A stretch of 64,000 nt of DNA, taken from positions 1,178,001 through 1,242,000 of the forward strand of contig OZ251225.1 in NCBI GenBank assembly GCA_965240325.2, in the 5' to 3' direction. The notes under the pieces were generated by a model that did not search any database, was not told the origin of the DNA, and saw only the letters and a program-made list of their open reading frames with translations. This document shows, one piece after another, positions 60,713 through 64,000 of this stretch. A program made the position numbers and the translations under genes. How positions within the stretch are numbered: position 1 is the first letter of the stretch; every line of letters starts with the position of its first letter. This DNA is from Rebecca billardiae RCC1528. Lineage: Eukaryota; Protista; Haptophyta.

Positions 60713-61936
60713 TCACACCTCATCCTTAGGACTGCCGCGGCTGCTAGCAGCGCTTACGCCGGCGGGCGACGAGTCGCCCGATGCGGCGGGCGGCGAGGAC
60801 GTCCGTCTTCGTGCCCGCTTCCTCGTCCCGTGCTTTCGCCCCCCGCTCATGCCCGGCCCGAGTGCCTCACCGAGCTCATGTGCGATCGCATCGCCCACGC
60901 CGAAGCGCAGGCTGGGCGCGAGCATCCGGTACGCCTCGCGAGCGCCCGGCGCGTCTGCACGGACCGCCTCGAGTGCCATGTTGCCAACGAGCTGCACCAG
61001 TCCGTCTGCGTTCCCCGGGTCGCGCTCGACTTCCAGAATCATCGATCGCACGTTTCGGCTCAAGCTTGGCGACGCGGGCAGCGCGAGGATGGCAGCCCAC
61101 AGCTTTGCGTACGCCGAGACTGGCTCGCACTGCGCAAACGCGAGCGGTCCGTCGGGCCAGGTCCATGGCTTGGTCTTGCCCTGGAAGTCGACGACGGTGG
61201 CCTCGCGCAGGGCGGCGAGCACGGCCGCGGCGGGCTCACCGGCAGTGGCGCACGCGGCCACACCGTAGTGCGCAGACATCGGGATGCGCTCGTCGTCCGG
61301 CCTCGACGCCCACTCCTCCGCAAAGCGCTCGTTCAGCAAGCCTTGCAGCGCAGTGCCCGAGTGCATGCCCGCCGCGCGCGCATGCGCGAGCAGCTGCTCG
61401 GGGAAGTGCGGGTCGGGGCGGATGGCCAGCAGCGCGGCGCACATGATGCGGTCCATCGAACGCTCGAATCGGCCGTTCACGTGCCCGCGGAAGTACCGCT
61501 CGTCGAACAGCGCGTCGAGCGAGCCCTTGACGAGCCCATCTGCGTCCAGGATCAGAGCGCGCTCGTACGGCAGCGTCCACGCGTGAAGCTTGCCGTACTC
61601 GACGGAGAGGTCGCGGTGCGGGCCAGATGTGTCTTGCCACCTGTCCGTCGGGATGGGTGGCTCAATCGGCTCCACGACTCGCACCTCCCATCCCGCGCCC
61701 GAGAGCAGTCGCACCGCCTGATCAGAGACCACCGGGTGGACGAGCGCGACGCGCGCGCGTGGCCGCCCGGATGCATCCATCGCGAGTATCGTACGGCCGA
61801 GGACCACCGCGGAGAGTGCATAGACGTCGTTCGTCGCGTATGTCACGACCACCTCGCTCCCGCGCTCCGACGGCTGCGCTGCTGCAAGGCACGCAAGCAG
61901 AGCCAATGACGATGCAGTCGGGACGAGGGCCCCCAT
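60713..61936 (-). CDS. Glycosyltransferase family 8 (glycogenin-like) with signal peptide
   Basis: YALSAVVLGRTI, KLHAWTLPYERALILDADGLV, QGLLN and KTKPW. Confidence 0.82.
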   Translation of the reverse strand: MGALVPTASSLALLACLAAAQPSERGSEVVVTYATNDVYALSAVVLGRTILAMDASGRPRARVALVHPVVSDQAVRLLSGAGWEVRVVEPIEPPIPTDRWQDTSGPHRDLSVEYGKLHAWTLPYERALILDADGLVKGSLDALFDERYFRGHVNGRFERSMDRIMCAALLAIRPDPHFPEQLLAHARAAGMHSGTALQGLLNERFAEEWASRPDDERIPMSAHYGVAACATAGEPAAAVLAALREATVVDFQGKTKPWTWPDGPLAFAQCEPVSAYAKLWAAILALPASPSLSRNVRSMILEVERDPGNADGLVQLVGNMALEAVRADAPGAREAYRMLAPSLRFGVGDAIAHELGEALGPGMSGGRKHGTRKRARRRTSSPPAASGDSSPAGVSAASSRGSPKDEV

Positions 61937-61993
61937 TGCTGACAAGCGCCCGGACAAGCGCTGGATTGCTGAGTCCGGGCCGGGGTGAAGACC

Positions 61994-62158
61994 GAGGGAG
62001 CACGGCCGAACTCGGACTCGTGATCACCTCCCTCCCACTGGGAGGTGATCACGAGTGGAGGGAGGTGATCACGAGACTCGTGATCACCTCCCTCCACTCG
62101 TGATCACCTCCCAGTGGGAGGGAGGTGATCACGAGTCCGAGTTCGGCCGTGCTCCCTC
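61994..62158. mobile_element. 165-bp perfect palindromic MITE with 5-bp TSD AGACC
   Basis: 82-bp arms exactly complementary around A62076; AGACC at 61989-61993 and 62159-62163; six GTGATCAC cores. Confidence 0.8.
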
Positions 62159-62285
62159 AGACCGTTGGCACCCTGACGGTGAGGCTGCAATCTCCTTCGC
62201 CATCTGCCCAGCTGCAGAGCTCCAAGCCGCCAACGATTCTGTAGCGCGGGCCGTGTAGCTTGTCACCGACTTCCCGCGGAGGGCC

Positions 62286-63266
62286 ATGGCCTTGACAGTG
62301 ACGCGCGCGCCTGCCGGCGACCCGAACCGGATCATTGGGCTTGAGGTGCACGTCGATGACGCACCGCTCGTCCAGTACCCGCATTCTGACGGCCGCGTGT
62401 ACATCGAGAGCAACCTGACCGCGAAATCCTCGTACTGCCGGACGGTCGAGGAGGAGAACCCGTGGGGCGAGATTGAGGAGCGCGACGTGCCCGTGACACC
62501 GTTCAAGGTGAAGGTGCGCAACCAAACGAGCGACAAGATGTGGCTCGAGGTCTTGGTGGACGGCTCGCGCGTGCACTACCATTGCCTGAACGCGCAGGCC
62601 GAGGCCACCGTCGAGGAGATGGTGATCAAAGGCAAGAAGCACGAGCTGCTCTTCACCATGCCGCGTTTTCGCACGGCCGACGAGCGCGCGGACGATCCGG
62701 CCGTGCAAACTTCGACGACGGGGACGATCACCGTCCGTCTCTACCACGCGACCATGACGGGCCAGCAGTACACGACGTACTCGAGCACGTGGGACGCCAG
62801 CAACTTCAAGCGTACGTGCGGCGGCTCGAGCGCTCGTGCGACCAATGCATCCACGTGCATGCTTGCGCCCTGCGCCCCGCTGACGAAACACGCGCCCACG
62901 TGCCGATGCGTGCGCGCATGCCTTTGCGCCACAGAGGCGAACAAGGACGCCGCGTTCGCAGCCGGCCAACGGACGAACACGAACGGTCTCGTGAGTACAA
63001 CGGCGCCCGGCCGCATCAAGGGGCATGCGCCCGCGCCCGAGACAAAGATGTGCACAATGTACACGGTGGACAAGGTCGCTGCCGCAGAGCGCACGCTGAC
63101 GTATCGCCAGCGCGACTCGCTCGAAGCTCTCGGGCTGGTGCCAGCTGCAAACGACGCGAAGCGGTCGGGCCCTGTGAGCGAGCAGCCCAAGGCGCAGAAG
63201 CGTGCGCGTGCCGACCGCAAGCCCATGAAGCCGGTCGTCACGGGGACGATCGACCTCTGCGACTGA
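62286..63266 (+). CDS. Hypothetical protein; probable in-frame intron at 62812-62934
   Basis: Globular-looking composition, GC3-biased codons, GT..CAG intron candidate; C-terminal basic patch and IDLCD. Confidence 0.6.
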   Translation: MALTVTRAPAGDPNRIIGLEVHVDDAPLVQYPHSDGRVYIESNLTAKSSYCRTVEEENPWGEIEERDVPVTPFKVKVRNQTSDKMWLEVLVDGSRVHYHCLNAQAEATVEEMVIKGKKHELLFTMPRFRTADERADDPAVQTSTTGTITVRLYHATMTGQQYTTYSSTWDASNFKRTCGGSSARATNASTCMLAPCAPLTKHAPTCRCVRACLCATEANKDAAFAAGQRTNTNGLVSTTAPGRIKGHAPAPETKMCTMYTVDKVAAAERTLTYRQRDSLEALGLVPAANDAKRSGPVSEQPKAQKRARADRKPMKPVVTGTIDLCD

Positions 63267-64000
63267 GACGTGCACGTCGCAGGCGGTCATCACGCGCTGC
63301 GAGCGCAGTCCGTGAAAGCTCAACGTGCCGCTCCGGACGGCGGCGTCGGCGCGTGACGGGGCCCGACCAACGGTCACCACGCCCGCGCACGACCGCGCGC
63401 CCTCGGCCACTGGCTATGTAAAACATTGTCAGCAAGTCATCGCGTCGGAAATACTTTTTAAAAAGAAAATCGAATTAAACTGCCATGCCGGTCGCACACG
63501 GGTGCGAATGCGGCAGTGGGCGCAGCGCGCCGCGCTCGTCGCCGCCCTGGCGGTGGTGTGTGCTGACGAGGACGGCTGGGCACGCGTGGCTCAGCACGGT
63601 ATCCCTGTCTGGCCGCGGCCCACGGCCGCACAGCGCGCGGCTGAACGCACGCTCCGAGAGCGGATCGCGAGCGGCGAGATTGGGGTGAAGCTGGACTCGC
63701 GCGCACGGCCGCGAGACTATGCAGTGGACGAGGCGCATCTGAGTGTGTGTACCTCGTGCTTCGAGGACGAGTATCGAGCTCGCCTGCACAGCCGCCCTCT
63801 CGCGCCGCGCGTCGACGCGGCCCAGCCGCTCGTTGATGATTTTGCCATCGAGCGCTTTGCGCGTGCCGCTCGCTCGTACGAAGCGCCGCGCCGCGAGAGG
63901 CTGCCCAACCTGACGTGCCCGGGTGCGTGTGAGCTCACGGACGAGCTCTCGCAGATCAACGCGCGGCGCAACCATTTCGGCTTCTACGGCACCGTGCTGC

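Noticed and set aside
61994-62158. Possible CRISPR-like array
   Set aside because: Units occur in both orientations with no unique spacers, there are no cas genes, and the context is eukaryotic.
63480-64000. Possible partial gene at the window end
   Set aside because: Truncated and without a recognisable motif.

Overview
A very GC-rich eukaryotic nuclear window with short GC-rich GT..AG introns and short AT-rich intergenic patches. The style fits a microalga such as a Pavlovales haptophyte, but that is inference only. About 21 protein genes are recognisable: PEBP, farnesyltransferase beta, HIBCH, DDX3/Ded1, DUF1350, NOPCHAP1-like, sulfotransferase-like, a Cys-less pentameric ligand-gated channel, an FABP-like domain protein, NFACT-R, a fused GATase+CPS, a Zn-ribbon/DUF5710/AP2 chimera, a large WD40-like protein, UBE2W with a signal peptide, a MYND protein, a PhyH-dioxygenase::QTGAL(B3GNTL1) fusion, a peroxisomal-type carrier, Tim8, RINT1/Tip20, GT8 and one hypothetical protein. 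Many sit in tight head-to-head pairs. Non-coding DNA holds several non-autonomous DNA transposons. Two are foldback elements with CANRG..CYNTG ends and 7-bp TSDs (P-superfamily hallmarks), one is a perfect 165-bp palindrome with a 5-bp TSD, and two more are weaker TIR candidates. The best candidate for a new system is the intron-free fusion of a 2OG-Fe(II) dioxygenase with a queuosine-galactosyltransferase-like GT2, a possible hydroxylate-then-glycosylate enzyme. All homology calls are from motif recognition by eye; no searches were run.
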